Shown here: positions 40,667 through 49,630 of the stretch, piece after piece | How positions within the stretch are numbered: position 1 is the first letter of the stretch | Layout: each line of letters begins with the position of its first letter | Made by a program: the position numbers and the translations under genes | NCBI GenBank assembly: GCA_918797485.1 | Contig: CAKKNE010000003.1 | Location: 868,001-932,000 of the forward strand | DNA from: Pelagomonas calceolata | Taxonomy: Eukaryota | Length of the DNA stretch: 64,000 bases | Direction: 5' to 3' | The notes under the pieces: generated by a model | What the model was told of the DNA's origin: nothing | The model's input: the letters and a program-made list of their open reading frames with translations, nothing else | The model's database searches: none

Positions 40667-42043
40667 TTACGCACTGGTCGGCGGCGTTTCGCGGGCGCGG
40701 AGGATGACTCTCGCGTCTCGAAGGAGGTCCTCAATGTCCACTGTGAGCGGGTGCGCGCCACCGAGCACGCGCCGCGAGGTCCGTTCGATCTCCGCGAGCG
40801 TCATTACGGCCTTGCGGAGATCACCGAGCGTCGCGCCGTCGTCTAGGAAAAGCGCCTTCGCGTAAGTTTTCCTCATCCTGAGTGTTTGTTGATGACTCTC
40901 GCCAAGAACGCGTCGTGCCACGGGTATCGTTTTGCGCAGCGACGACTTGGCTTCGTTGAACCGATTTAGGTTGCCCAACGACGCCGCGTAGTTGATGGAT
41001 GCCAAGATGGTGTCTCCACTTTCTTCGCCGTTGAGCTTCAAGAATCCTTGATATATATCTCGTGTTATACGCAGGGCACATTCTTGCCGTCCAAGGTCAC
41101 AATATGTGCCCGCAAGATTGCCCAGCGTGCCGAGAATGACTTCTTCTGGTGCGCCAACGCGCCGCATCATAGACAACTCGGCCTCGTTCACGGACAAAGC
41201 GTCCTCGTGGTGTCCTGCAGCGGATAAACCGTTCCCAAGCTGCGTCATCGCAAAACACCGAGCCCTGTCCGTCTCTGGCCGCCCCAAGTATGTCTTCCAG
41301 CACGCCCACCCGAGCGCGCACCGCACGACGCCATGGTGATTTTGTTCGCACAGAGTGCACGTGTGCCACCGGTTCCACCTCGGCTGCCTCTCCAAATTGT
41401 TCTCCTCGGCCTCCGCGAATAAAATCTTCGCCTGCTCCGCCAAGCACGACACGTGTGCGAAGCCCGCCGTCCCGCGGCACGAGCACCCGCGCACAAGACC
41501 CTCCTTCGTTTTCCAGTGGAGGGCCTGCGTGCAGATGTAGCACGTCTGGCCCTTCGTGTCGTCGGCGCATTTCTCGACGGCCTCCGCGACGGCCTCCTTG
41601 TATTTTTTGTCGGCGTAGTATTGTTCTGCGTTGCCGCCGCGGTGAATCCTTTTACAAATCTGCTTGTGGCCGCGGCGCCAGTGGTCATGCTGGCAAGTCT
41701 CGTTACAATATCTTGTCTTAGCATGCCGCAGCTGCCTCCTCTTTCCTCCTGTGCTGCCTCGTCCCTCGTGCAGCGCCCATCGTACACCGCCTAAATACCG
41801 GCCCTGGGTCGCGCGTCGAAGTAAGCAAGGCGAAACGCACGGCTAGGACGACCAGGCCGGCGGCTTCCTGAAGAGTACACGGGCATAATCAACTAAATCA
41901 ATAGCTATAGTTGGCGCTAGGGGATTCACTTCCTCCCAAGAAACTGGCTATTAAAACACTAAATATCTTGTCTTACAGCGTACACAACGCGGCGCGGTGT
42001 GGGCCAGTGGGGCGGCGCAGGCGGCGCATGTTGTGAGGATCAT
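40667..42043 (-). pseudogene. MYND-RINGv-TPR family copy 3, interrupted inside the MYND finger by an insertion
   Basis: ATG at 42043 gives MILTTCAACAAPLAHTAPRCVRCKTRY, then the insertion, then CNETCQHDHWRRGHKQIC... open to the stop at 40667. Confidence 0.85.
41707..41975. mobile_element. 241-bp insertion (41721-41961) with perfect 14-bp target-site duplication; probable non-LTR retroposon fragment
   Basis: AATATCTTGTCTTA at 41707-41720 and 41962-41975; no TIRs; removing the insert plus one TSD restores the family sequence. Confidence 0.85.
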
Positions 42044-42164
42044 TTTGGTCTGGGCGGTGGCTTTGCGCGTGTGTGCGGCGTGAGAGAGTTTTTCGCGCTG
42101 GGTGGCGGGTTTTGCCTACGAATTTTTGCAGATTTTGCCGCTTGTTGGCTAAAAACAGCACAGC

Positions 42165-43025
42165 ATGGCGGAAATTCTGTCAGAAGAGCAAACGCATACC
42201 ACACCCGGGATATACGCTTTCCTGGGCCTGGCGACGCTACCGAGATTTCAAACACAAGCCAATCCGCTGCGCCTCCTGCCGCGCGAGATTATTGACCGCA
42301 TCGCGCGATTCGCGCACCGTGATACTTATCTCGCCTACTGGGCCATGACAGGACCTGTAGAGGACGCCCCGACGGAGATGGACATCAGTAGACTTGTCGA
42401 CGAGGCCGACACTTGCCAGGGCTCTACAGCGAGCTCGGCGAGACTACACATGGCCCGACCTCTACGTTCGGGCGTGCACTACGTCGAAGTCACGACAACG
42501 AGCGCGGGCTATGGCACGCGCCTCATGTTTGACGGGATGGGGCCGTGGGGGTACAATTTCGGGATCCAGCTCGACTGCGACATTAGGGCTGAGGAAGGCT
42601 CGAGATGTGCGTGCTTCATACATTCATATGAAGAGTCCGGCGACTGCTTGCAGGTCAAATCATTCGGTGCCAACAGTTGGACGTGGAACAAGGATCCGGT
42701 AGTGTTTGGCGTCCTTGTCGATATGGTCAGAGGCTGCGTGACGTATCGTCTGAATGGGTTAGATGGACCGTGCATGAAATTTCCTGACTATGTACGGAAG
42801 GCCCGGATCTCGGTCGATCGCCTTCCCGTAGCGGGCGACCGAGTCGTGCCTCTCGTCCTCTCGTGCGCGACTCCTCCAATCCCATCCTCTCTCCGTGCCG
42901 CGGCGGCGAATCCATTGACCGCGAAAGAGCACATCGCCGCGGGTACGTTGGAGGACGTTAGCGACGAGATTGACTTAGATTACCACGACAACGTAGACGG
43001 CGTCGACAACGTCAATGACTATTAA
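42165..43025 (+). CDS. SPRY/B30.2-like domain protein
   Basis: LRLLPREIIDRIARF (F-box-like), PLRSGVHYVEV, VFGVLVDMVRGCVTYRLNG. Confidence 0.6.
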   Translation: MAEILSEEQTHTTPGIYAFLGLATLPRFQTQANPLRLLPREIIDRIARFAHRDTYLAYWAMTGPVEDAPTEMDISRLVDEADTCQGSTASSARLHMARPLRSGVHYVEVTTTSAGYGTRLMFDGMGPWGYNFGIQLDCDIRAEEGSRCACFIHSYEESGDCLQVKSFGANSWTWNKDPVVFGVLVDMVRGCVTYRLNGLDGPCMKFPDYVRKARISVDRLPVAGDRVVPLVLSCATPPIPSSLRAAAANPLTAKEHIAAGTLEDVSDEIDLDYHDNVDGVDNVNDY

Positions 43026-43138
43026 TCTGAATATGACTCACACTCACTCACTAGTAAGCGTAGCAAACCAAATCGTGTCGGGCCCGGGGGGTCGGGATAG
43101 TTACTGCGCCATGCTTCGTACGGCTCGGGCGGGGCCGG

Positions 43139-43157
43139 GCTAGCGTAAGGCACTAGC
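43139..43157 (-). promoter_or_regulatory. CTAG bipartite upstream motif (gctagcgtaaggcactagc)
   Basis: About 196 bp upstream of ATG 43353. Confidence 0.65.
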
Positions 43158-43352
43158 ATTGTACAAGCAGCGGCTTTTGCGCGTCGCACGAGACAACAAG
43201 CAAGTAACGGTGCACCCATACCAGCGAGAGCCGTTCAGTTTGTTGCGTTGCTGCGCTAGGCGCCGCTTTTCGAATTGCGCGTGCAGCCGTGCGCCCATTT
43301 TGCCACTGCACTTCAGGCAAGCAAGTGCAGCGACTCCACCGCGACGCCATCG

Positions 43353-43976
43353 ATGCGACGCACCGCAGCAACGCTACTCATGCTGCACGCAGCGAGGGCG
43401 CTGCAGCGCTGCATCCCGCAGCGCGCGGTGCAGCGCGGGCTCGCGCGGCGGCGGCGGGTAAAAGCGAACGCCGACGCGGAGGCAAAGGAGCCGGGCGTCG
43501 AGTCCTACAACGCGCTAAAAAAGCTCGCCGCCGATTTCATGCAGAAACGCAACAAAGGCGAAATCGCTTCGATAGTGAAAGACCTCGCCCCGAAGGCCGA
43601 GATTTATGGATTGACGGGCGACAAGATCAAGCCGGGCCTCGAGGATTTTTTCAAGGAGCGCCCGAACCTAAAGCATGAGATGGTCGAGGAGCCGTGGCAG
43701 CTCGGCGATGCGACGATAGAGTACCGCTTCGAGAAGACGTGGGACGGCGGCGCGTGGCGGAGCTATGATATTGAAGAGCAGCGGGACAAGGTTGAAAGAT
43801 TAGTTTTCGAGGGTGGCAAACTCAAGAGAGTAAGTGTGGAGGAGGTCGGCCGCGGCGGCGAGGACGTCCTCGAGGACGACTTCGCCGCGTCGCTGCTGCG
43901 AAAGCCGGGCGACAACCCCGACGACCCGCCCGAGCCGAAGCCCGCCAAGAAGAAGCCTAGTAAGAAGTCTAGTTAG
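43353..43976 (+). CDS. Putative plastid-targeted protein, possibly NTF2/SnoaL-like fold
   Basis: Signal ARA|LQ plus transit-like segment; compact alpha+beta core. The fold is a guess. Confidence 0.6.
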   Translation: MRRTAATLLMLHAARALQRCIPQRAVQRGLARRRRVKANADAEAKEPGVESYNALKKLAADFMQKRNKGEIASIVKDLAPKAEIYGLTGDKIKPGLEDFFKERPNLKHEMVEEPWQLGDATIEYRFEKTWDGGAWRSYDIEEQRDKVERLVFEGGKLKRVSVEEVGRGGEDVLEDDFAASLLRKPGDNPDDPPEPKPAKKKPSKKSS

Positions 43977-45381
43977 TGAATGCTAATGTCGCGGCAACCT
44001 CACACTTGGCCGGCGTGAACCCCGCGGCCAGCTCCTTCACTCTGTCCACAAAGGTCGCCTTCTCCTCTTTTTTGAGCGGCACGAGGAACTGGCCCGTCTC
44101 GGCATATATCCTAGCACCCGGCTTCAGTTTCCCCTGCAGCAGCTTGATCTTGTCGACACTCATGACCGACAGATCCACCACATCGAGCAGAGGCACTTTA
44201 TGAAGCTCCTTCTCCAAGTTACCACATAATGGTATTATAGAGATCCCATCCAAGGACTCGACGATGTTCTCGGCCTGTTCCAACGCATCCCTGTCTTTCC
44301 TCAGGTACGACCCGAGGCCCGAGAACACATCATTCTTTCTATCCAATACGTACTGTTCGCCCTTCTCCGTCGCGTACAAGTCAGCCAGTAGATTGAACAT
44401 GGCGATCTCCGTCGCGTTATGACGTCGTCGCTCCGTCGCGTGGCCCCTATCATGGATCTCAAAGAGACCCGCATTTTCACTTCTATTACGAACATCAATC
44501 CCCAACCCACAATACGGCCCGACGCTCATGTCGCCCCAGAAGCCCTTGACCTCTCGCCTCAAACCTCGGTTGACGCCTTGTTTCAATAAACCTTCGACAT
44601 ATGAACCTAGAGTTCGGTTCGGCGCGTCGTACGTACAGTCCCCGAACTCGAAGGCCACGCCCGTCTCGCGCCATCGCTTATACTGTTTGAGATGGACTAG
44701 ATCAGCGTCTCCTTTCCCAGCGATCAAGCCATATCGGTAATCCCAGTCAAATACCCCCCCTTTCGCATCGTATCTGTTCCCGAGCTGGTGCCTCAACCTC
44801 CGCTCCCACAAATCGTTGATGTCAAAGGGCTGCGTGGGCTTCCACGACACAAAGGCCGCCGACAGCAGGTCCCGCTCCTTGTATTTTAAGGAAGATAGGT
44901 CTACCACATCGGCCAACGGGTTTTCATCATCGCCGCCCACGAAGTCGACCAACTCGTCCGCTAATCTACCTACATACTGTTCCGTGCGGCCCTGCACGAG
45001 GGCGTTGCCGTAGACCTCGAGCCACGCGGCGCAGCGCTGCCGTAGCGGCAGCTCCCAGTCGAAGGCGATCCTCAACAGTAGTAGATGTCGCGCTAATTGC
45101 TCGGGCGTCCGTTCATAGACATATAGCGTGATGGGACCCATCTTTCTCTCAGCACTACGTCTCCCCGAGATAGTCCGCAGTACCGAGCGGAGGTCTCCTG
45201 GTGATGCTAACAGTATAGAGATGTCACCCGTCGTCTCGGGTACTGGATCTAATAAATCTTTGGCCGGCGACCAGCCCCACAATTGGTTGGAGCCGAGGGC
45301 GTCCGTGCGCGACGCGGCGCCCCACACAAATTTCTCGGTGTTTGTTTGCATGTGCTGGCTCTTGGAGCCGAAGGTGGCCAT
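43969..45381 (-). CDS. DNAAF3: Dynein axonemal assembly factor 3 (PF22)
   Basis: WGWSPAKDL, ILLASPGDLRSVLRT, LARHLLL, LEVYGNAL, LKYKERD, RYD..FDWDY, WRETGVAFE, PNRTL, GFWGDMSVGPY. Confidence 0.92.
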   Translation of the reverse strand: MATFGSKSQHMQTNTEKFVWGAASRTDALGSNQLWGWSPAKDLLDPVPETTGDISILLASPGDLRSVLRTISGRRSAERKMGPITLYVYERTPEQLARHLLLLRIAFDWELPLRQRCAAWLEVYGNALVQGRTEQYVGRLADELVDFVGGDDENPLADVVDLSSLKYKERDLLSAAFVSWKPTQPFDINDLWERRLRHQLGNRYDAKGGVFDWDYRYGLIAGKGDADLVHLKQYKRWRETGVAFEFGDCTYDAPNRTLGSYVEGLLKQGVNRGLRREVKGFWGDMSVGPYCGLGIDVRNRSENAGLFEIHDRGHATERRRHNATEIAMFNLLADLYATEKGEQYVLDRKNDVFSGLGSYLRKDRDALEQAENIVESLDGISIIPLCGNLEKELHKVPLLDVVDLSVMSVDKIKLLQGKLKPGARIYAETGQFLVPLKKEEKATFVDRVKELAAGFTPAKCEVAATLAFTN

Positions 45382-45779
45382 GGTGGCTGCCCTGTTGTGT
45401 GTTGGTGCGCTTGTGATGGAGTGCTGCCGCGCGTCGGCACGCGTAAGGCGGATTCCGGTGCGCTGTGCGCCGATGTCCTTCGAAGGCTGCCCGAGCCTGC
45501 CGTGCGTTGATGCGGACCCGTCCAGGACGGGAGCTAGCGGTAGGGAGGGCTCGCGTAGGACGAGTGTCGAAACGAGCTAAGGCTAGTATGTCGATCAGCT
45601 AGGTGATTATTTTGGCAGCTTACAAAAACCGGCACCGGACGTGCGCATCGCGCCGCCAACGCAGCCTAGATTGCGTGCGAGCGTCTGCGGGTTAGTACCA
45701 ACTCACTGTTGCACGGCGAGCATCGCTGTCGCCTCAGCGGGAGAGTTGTAGCAATAGCAGATTTAGCAGCCAGCCAACC

Positions 45780-46157
45780 ATGCAAGGTTTACCGCCCGGC
45801 GTGAGCGCCGCAAGTGCCAGCGACCTGGGAGGACTCAAGGGCTTCACGCAGGACCCGAACGAGCAGGCCGCCAAGGAGCAGCAGGAGGGCCAAAAGGCCG
45901 CGGTGCTCAAACAGATCCTGGCGCCGGAAGCTTTGAATCGACTCGGACGCGTCAAGCTCGTCAAGCGCGACAAGGTCGAGGCGCTCGAGATGAAACTGAT
46001 CCAGATGGCCATGCGCGGCGAGATCCAGAAGCAGCTGAGCGACGAGGTCATCGTCAATATGCTCGAGGAGGCGGGCCAGGAGAACAAGGCGCGGAAAGTG
46101 CAGCTCGCGCGCAAGGTCATGGACTCGGATTCCGACAACGACGACGACCTCTGGTAG
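45780..46157 (+). CDS. PDCD5: Programmed cell death 5 / dsDNA-binding protein
   Basis: LKQILAPEALNRLGRVKLVK..K..LEMKLIQMAMRGEI...LSDE. Confidence 0.92.
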   Translation: MQGLPPGVSAASASDLGGLKGFTQDPNEQAAKEQQEGQKAAVLKQILAPEALNRLGRVKLVKRDKVEALEMKLIQMAMRGEIQKQLSDEVIVNMLEEAGQENKARKVQLARKVMDSDSDNDDDLW

Positions 46158-46572
46158 TAGTGGCGTCCACCGCCACGCCACCGACGCGAGCGCGCTGCCG
46201 TGGCGACGGCGTCGAGTCCACCTCGACGTCATCGACGCGAACGCGCGGGATTTAGCTGACTAACCGCTGTTTTTTGTAGTCCGTGGCCCCCCACGCCGTC
46301 GACGGGATAGTTTTTTTTTTGGCCGAAAAACCTGTGTGGAGATGGTGTGGACGGGTGTGGACCAGCCTGCCTTTGTTTTTGTGCAGCACATCGTTGTGAC
46401 GCGGTGCTGCACCAGACGCTGCCCCGTAGCCTGCAGTAGCCCACGGCGCCTGATCTTGCACGCGGTGCCTGAACTTGCGACGATTGCAGCAGCTGGAGCA
46501 CTGCAAAAGCACCGCAAAAGCGGAGTACGCTGCCACAGTATACGCCATCGCCGCGCGACCGCACCGGCGAGC

Positions 46573-47421
46573 ATGCGACGCCTGGTGGCGGCCGCGTTCG
46601 CCGCGGGAGGGGCTGCCCAAGCGGCTGCAGCGGCGGGCCCTCCGCCGGAGCTCGTGGGTCACGCCGCGACTCCGCTCCTGGACGGCTGCACGCACGCGTT
46701 TTTGGACCTGGGCGCCAACGCTGGCGTCCAGACGAGGAAGCTGCACCAACCCAAGCTCTACGCCCGGTCGTCGTTCGTACCACTCTTTCAGAAGGCGGGC
46801 TTCTACAAAGACGGCGCGGTGCGCTGCGCCGTCGGCGTCGAGCCCGCGCGCGAATACTGGCAACGACTGCGGGAGCTCGCCACGCGGTTGACAAATCGAG
46901 GCATGCGGACTACGTTTGTGCTCGGGGGTATCGGCGTCGCCAACGGCACCGCCTGCTTCGCGGGCGGACGCAGGACGGGCCACATCCATAGATACACCGA
47001 CGAGGGCCGGTGCGGCCGCGGCATGGTCGCCACGCCGGTATGGGACGTGGCAGACCTTCTGAAGCGATACTTTTTCCATGATTCGCTACGGGCGGTCGTG
47101 GCCAAGGTCGACGTCGAGGGCATGGAGTACGCGCTCTTCCGCCGAATTCTTGACGAAGGCGTCGACTGCGCGGTCACGCACTACGCCGTCGAGTGGCACG
47201 GACCCAACAATCCGAAGAACCGGCCCCAGATGCGGGCCTGGGAGAAGCTGCACCGTCCGAATAACGAGAGCGCCTGCGCCCTGTCGCATCGCTTCGACGA
47301 CGAGAGTTACGGGTGCGACCCCTGGCCCCTGCCGTCGAACGGCGCCGGGGACGACTCGGACTGGGCCGTGAAGTCCGTGAAGAAGGACGGGAGGTTCTGG
47401 CTCGGCGACGGTGGGTGCTAA
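46573..47421 (+). CDS. Secreted FkbM-family methyltransferase-like protein
   Basis: Signal peptide; CTHAFLDLGANAG, VGVEP, VVAKVDVEGMEY, VEWH, DDESY. Confidence 0.75.
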   Translation: MRRLVAAAFAAGGAAQAAAAAGPPPELVGHAATPLLDGCTHAFLDLGANAGVQTRKLHQPKLYARSSFVPLFQKAGFYKDGAVRCAVGVEPAREYWQRLRELATRLTNRGMRTTFVLGGIGVANGTACFAGGRRTGHIHRYTDEGRCGRGMVATPVWDVADLLKRYFFHDSLRAVVAKVDVEGMEYALFRRILDEGVDCAVTHYAVEWHGPNNPKNRPQMRAWEKLHRPNNESACALSHRFDDESYGCDPWPLPSNGAGDDSDWAVKSVKKDGRFWLGDGGC

Positions 47422-47493
47422 TGACATATCCCGTCGACGGGATATGTTACGCGCGCGTGGAATAATTGTCTAGTTAGTCGGGAACGATGATAC

Positions 47494-48735
47494 TCACTTG
47501 TACTTGCCCGCGGCCCACCACTCGACCAATTTCCCCATCGCCCTCTCCACGTCCGCAGGCGCGCCGCAGTACGAGACGCGCACGCGCCGCTTCCCGATCG
47601 CTTCATCAAATTCAAAGTCCACGCCCGGCGTGATCGCGACGCCCGTGTCCTTCAGTAATTTATGGCAGAGAGCCGGAGCGTCGGTCACGCCGTGGGCGCC
47701 CAGGTCCACATAGACGTAGAACGCGCCTCTACAAGGCGCGATATGATCGGGCGAGACGCCCATCTTGGCCAACGCATTCAAAACAGTTTTTCTATTTTGA
47801 TCATACACAGCAACATGACCTTCTAGAGTCGACTCGACATCATCAAAGGACGCCGCCGCGGCGATCTGTGAGACATGAGGCGCGTTGATGAACAGATTTT
47901 GTTGTAACCGTTCAATGGCACCGGACAACGAAGGGTCGTTCTTCGGCAACACCAACCACCCGATCCGCCAGCCCGTCATGGAAAAGTACTTGCTGAAGCT
48001 GTTGATCACGAGGGCGCCATCTAGGTCGACCGCCGAAGCACTTTTTTCATCCCCGTAGACGATGTGGTGGTAGATCTCGTCACTAATGAACTTGACGCCC
48101 TTACTTGAACAGGTCTCTGCTAGCTTTTGTAATTCATCGGCAGAGAGAGTAGCACCAGTGGGGTTCGAGGGCGAAGATAAGATCAGCCCTTTGAGGTCTG
48201 AAGTAATGTCGGACGGCTGCGGGAAGCCGAAGCCCGACCGAGGGTTCGACGCGTCTCCAGCTAGAGAAACGGGCTCGACGCCCAGCACTCTCAGGACGTT
48301 GCGGTAGCACGGATAGGCCGTCGAAGGCACGCCGACCCTGTCGCCGGCGTCGAATAACGCGAGAAAGCTCAGGATGAAGCCCGCCGAAGAACCCGTCGTG
48401 ACCACGATGCGGTCGGGGTCTACGACTGAGTTATGTCTCTCCAGATACCACTGCGCAATTCTCTCCTTGACTTGGGGTAGGCCGTTCGCCGACGTGTACC
48501 CCAGGGCTTCGTCTCGTGACAGGGCGGCCTCCGCGACTCTTCTAGCTGTTGGTGGTGCTGGTGTTGAGGGCTGGCCGACCTCCATGTGCAGGACGTCGGC
48601 GCCGCTCGCCTCCATGGTGTTCGCGGCGTGCAGGACCTCCATGACCTTGAAGCCGGCGACGCCTTCGCCCCGCGTCGAGGATATCGTGCGTCTTGTTACA
48701 TGCGTGAGGCGGCGCGAGGTGGCGCGGAGGAGCAT
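47494..48735 (-). CDS. PLP-dependent class I/II aminotransferase (bacterial AspAT-like), mitochondrial presequence
   Basis: HMEVGQP, VTTGSSAGF, YPCYRN, SPSNPTG, ISDEIYH, NSFSKYFSMTGWRIGW. Confidence 0.92.
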   Translation of the reverse strand: MLLRATSRRLTHVTRRTISSTRGEGVAGFKVMEVLHAANTMEASGADVLHMEVGQPSTPAPPTARRVAEAALSRDEALGYTSANGLPQVKERIAQWYLERHNSVVDPDRIVVTTGSSAGFILSFLALFDAGDRVGVPSTAYPCYRNVLRVLGVEPVSLAGDASNPRSGFGFPQPSDITSDLKGLILSSPSNPTGATLSADELQKLAETCSSKGVKFISDEIYHHIVYGDEKSASAVDLDGALVINSFSKYFSMTGWRIGWLVLPKNDPSLSGAIERLQQNLFINAPHVSQIAAAASFDDVESTLEGHVAVYDQNRKTVLNALAKMGVSPDHIAPCRGAFYVYVDLGAHGVTDAPALCHKLLKDTGVAITPGVDFEFDEAIGKRRVRVSYCGAPADVERAMGKLVEWWAAGKYK

Positions 48736-48966
48736 CGTTTACTGCTGTTCGAAGCGCGGTCTCTTGGTTGCAAGCTCACCGCGACGGCGTCAGGGCGATT
48801 GCAGTGCTTGCAGTGCGGTGTCTGCAACTTGCTTGTACTCGCGAGATGGTGCTTATGCGTTCACCGCTACTGATAGCGATCAAGATTGATTGAATGCCGA
48901 GGTCTTTGCTGCAATTGCAGCACTGAGGCAGCTGCAAATCAGCTTCAATTTGGTGATGCTATGATT

Positions 48967-48990
48967 GCTAGTGTCTTAATCGACGCTATC
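48967..48990 (+). promoter_or_regulatory. CTAG bipartite upstream motif (gctagtgtcttaatcgacgctatc)
   Basis: Between divergent starts 48735 and 49184. Confidence 0.65.
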
Positions 48991-49183
48991 CAGAAAAAAT
49001 AAAGCCAGAGGAACGCAATTTGCTGCTCATTACGCCCTCGGTGCTGGCAGTCAGTGGTGTGCGCAGGTGCCAGGGGCACCAGTGCTCATAGCCCGACACT
49101 GCTCGCGCTCGGCCCGCCCGCCCGATCCGGACAGAGAGCCGTAACCCAAGCTGACCCGCGGCTGGTCAGAGGAACAAGCAACC

Positions 49184-49555
49184 ATGAACCCCATCCAACA
49201 GGAATCGAGGGACATGGAGATGTCGGCCGCGCGCGCGCCGGAATCGCCCGGTGAGGAATTCGGCGGCCTCCGCTACCCGCCCGGCCGGCGGCCGTCGACG
49301 CAGCGGCGGCGCCTGCCGCCGCGCACGTGCTGCCTGGCCGTGGCGCTCACGACGCTGGGCACCTGCCTTTTCGTTGCCGGGTGCGTCGCGTCCTTCGGCG
49401 CCAACGGCGGGTCCGCGGCCGTGGAGCTCTTTGTGCTCGCGGCGCTGACGTTATTGCCGGGCGTCTACGCCTCCTACCACCTCATCGGTATAAAAATGAG
49501 GTGGCCGGGCTTCGACAACGTGGCCATGTTCCACGAGGACGTGCAGTTCGTCTAG
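49184..49555 (+). CDS. TMEM230/TMEM134-family two-TM protein
   Basis: P.R...LAV.L..LG, second TM ending LLPGVY, then G....PGF. Confidence 0.7.
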   Translation: MNPIQQESRDMEMSAARAPESPGEEFGGLRYPPGRRPSTQRRRLPPRTCCLAVALTTLGTCLFVAGCVASFGANGGSAAVELFVLAALTLLPGVYASYHLIGIKMRWPGFDNVAMFHEDVQFV

Positions 49556-49630
49556 GAGCTGTCCATACCCCCTGCCTGTGTGTGTCCGTCTAGAGCGGCT
49601 AAGAATTGAGTACCCTAGTATTTTGACTCC

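Noticed and set aside
41721..41977. The insertion as a spliceable intron using the GTAAG donor
   Set aside because: The acceptors I tried near the far end give frameshifts or a TGA, and precise removal would need non-canonical ends. RNA-seq could still overturn this.
41962..41980. tgtcttacagcg resembling the CTAG-element core
   Set aside because: No CTAG half-sites; it is the antisense of the Cys-Lys-Thr codons.
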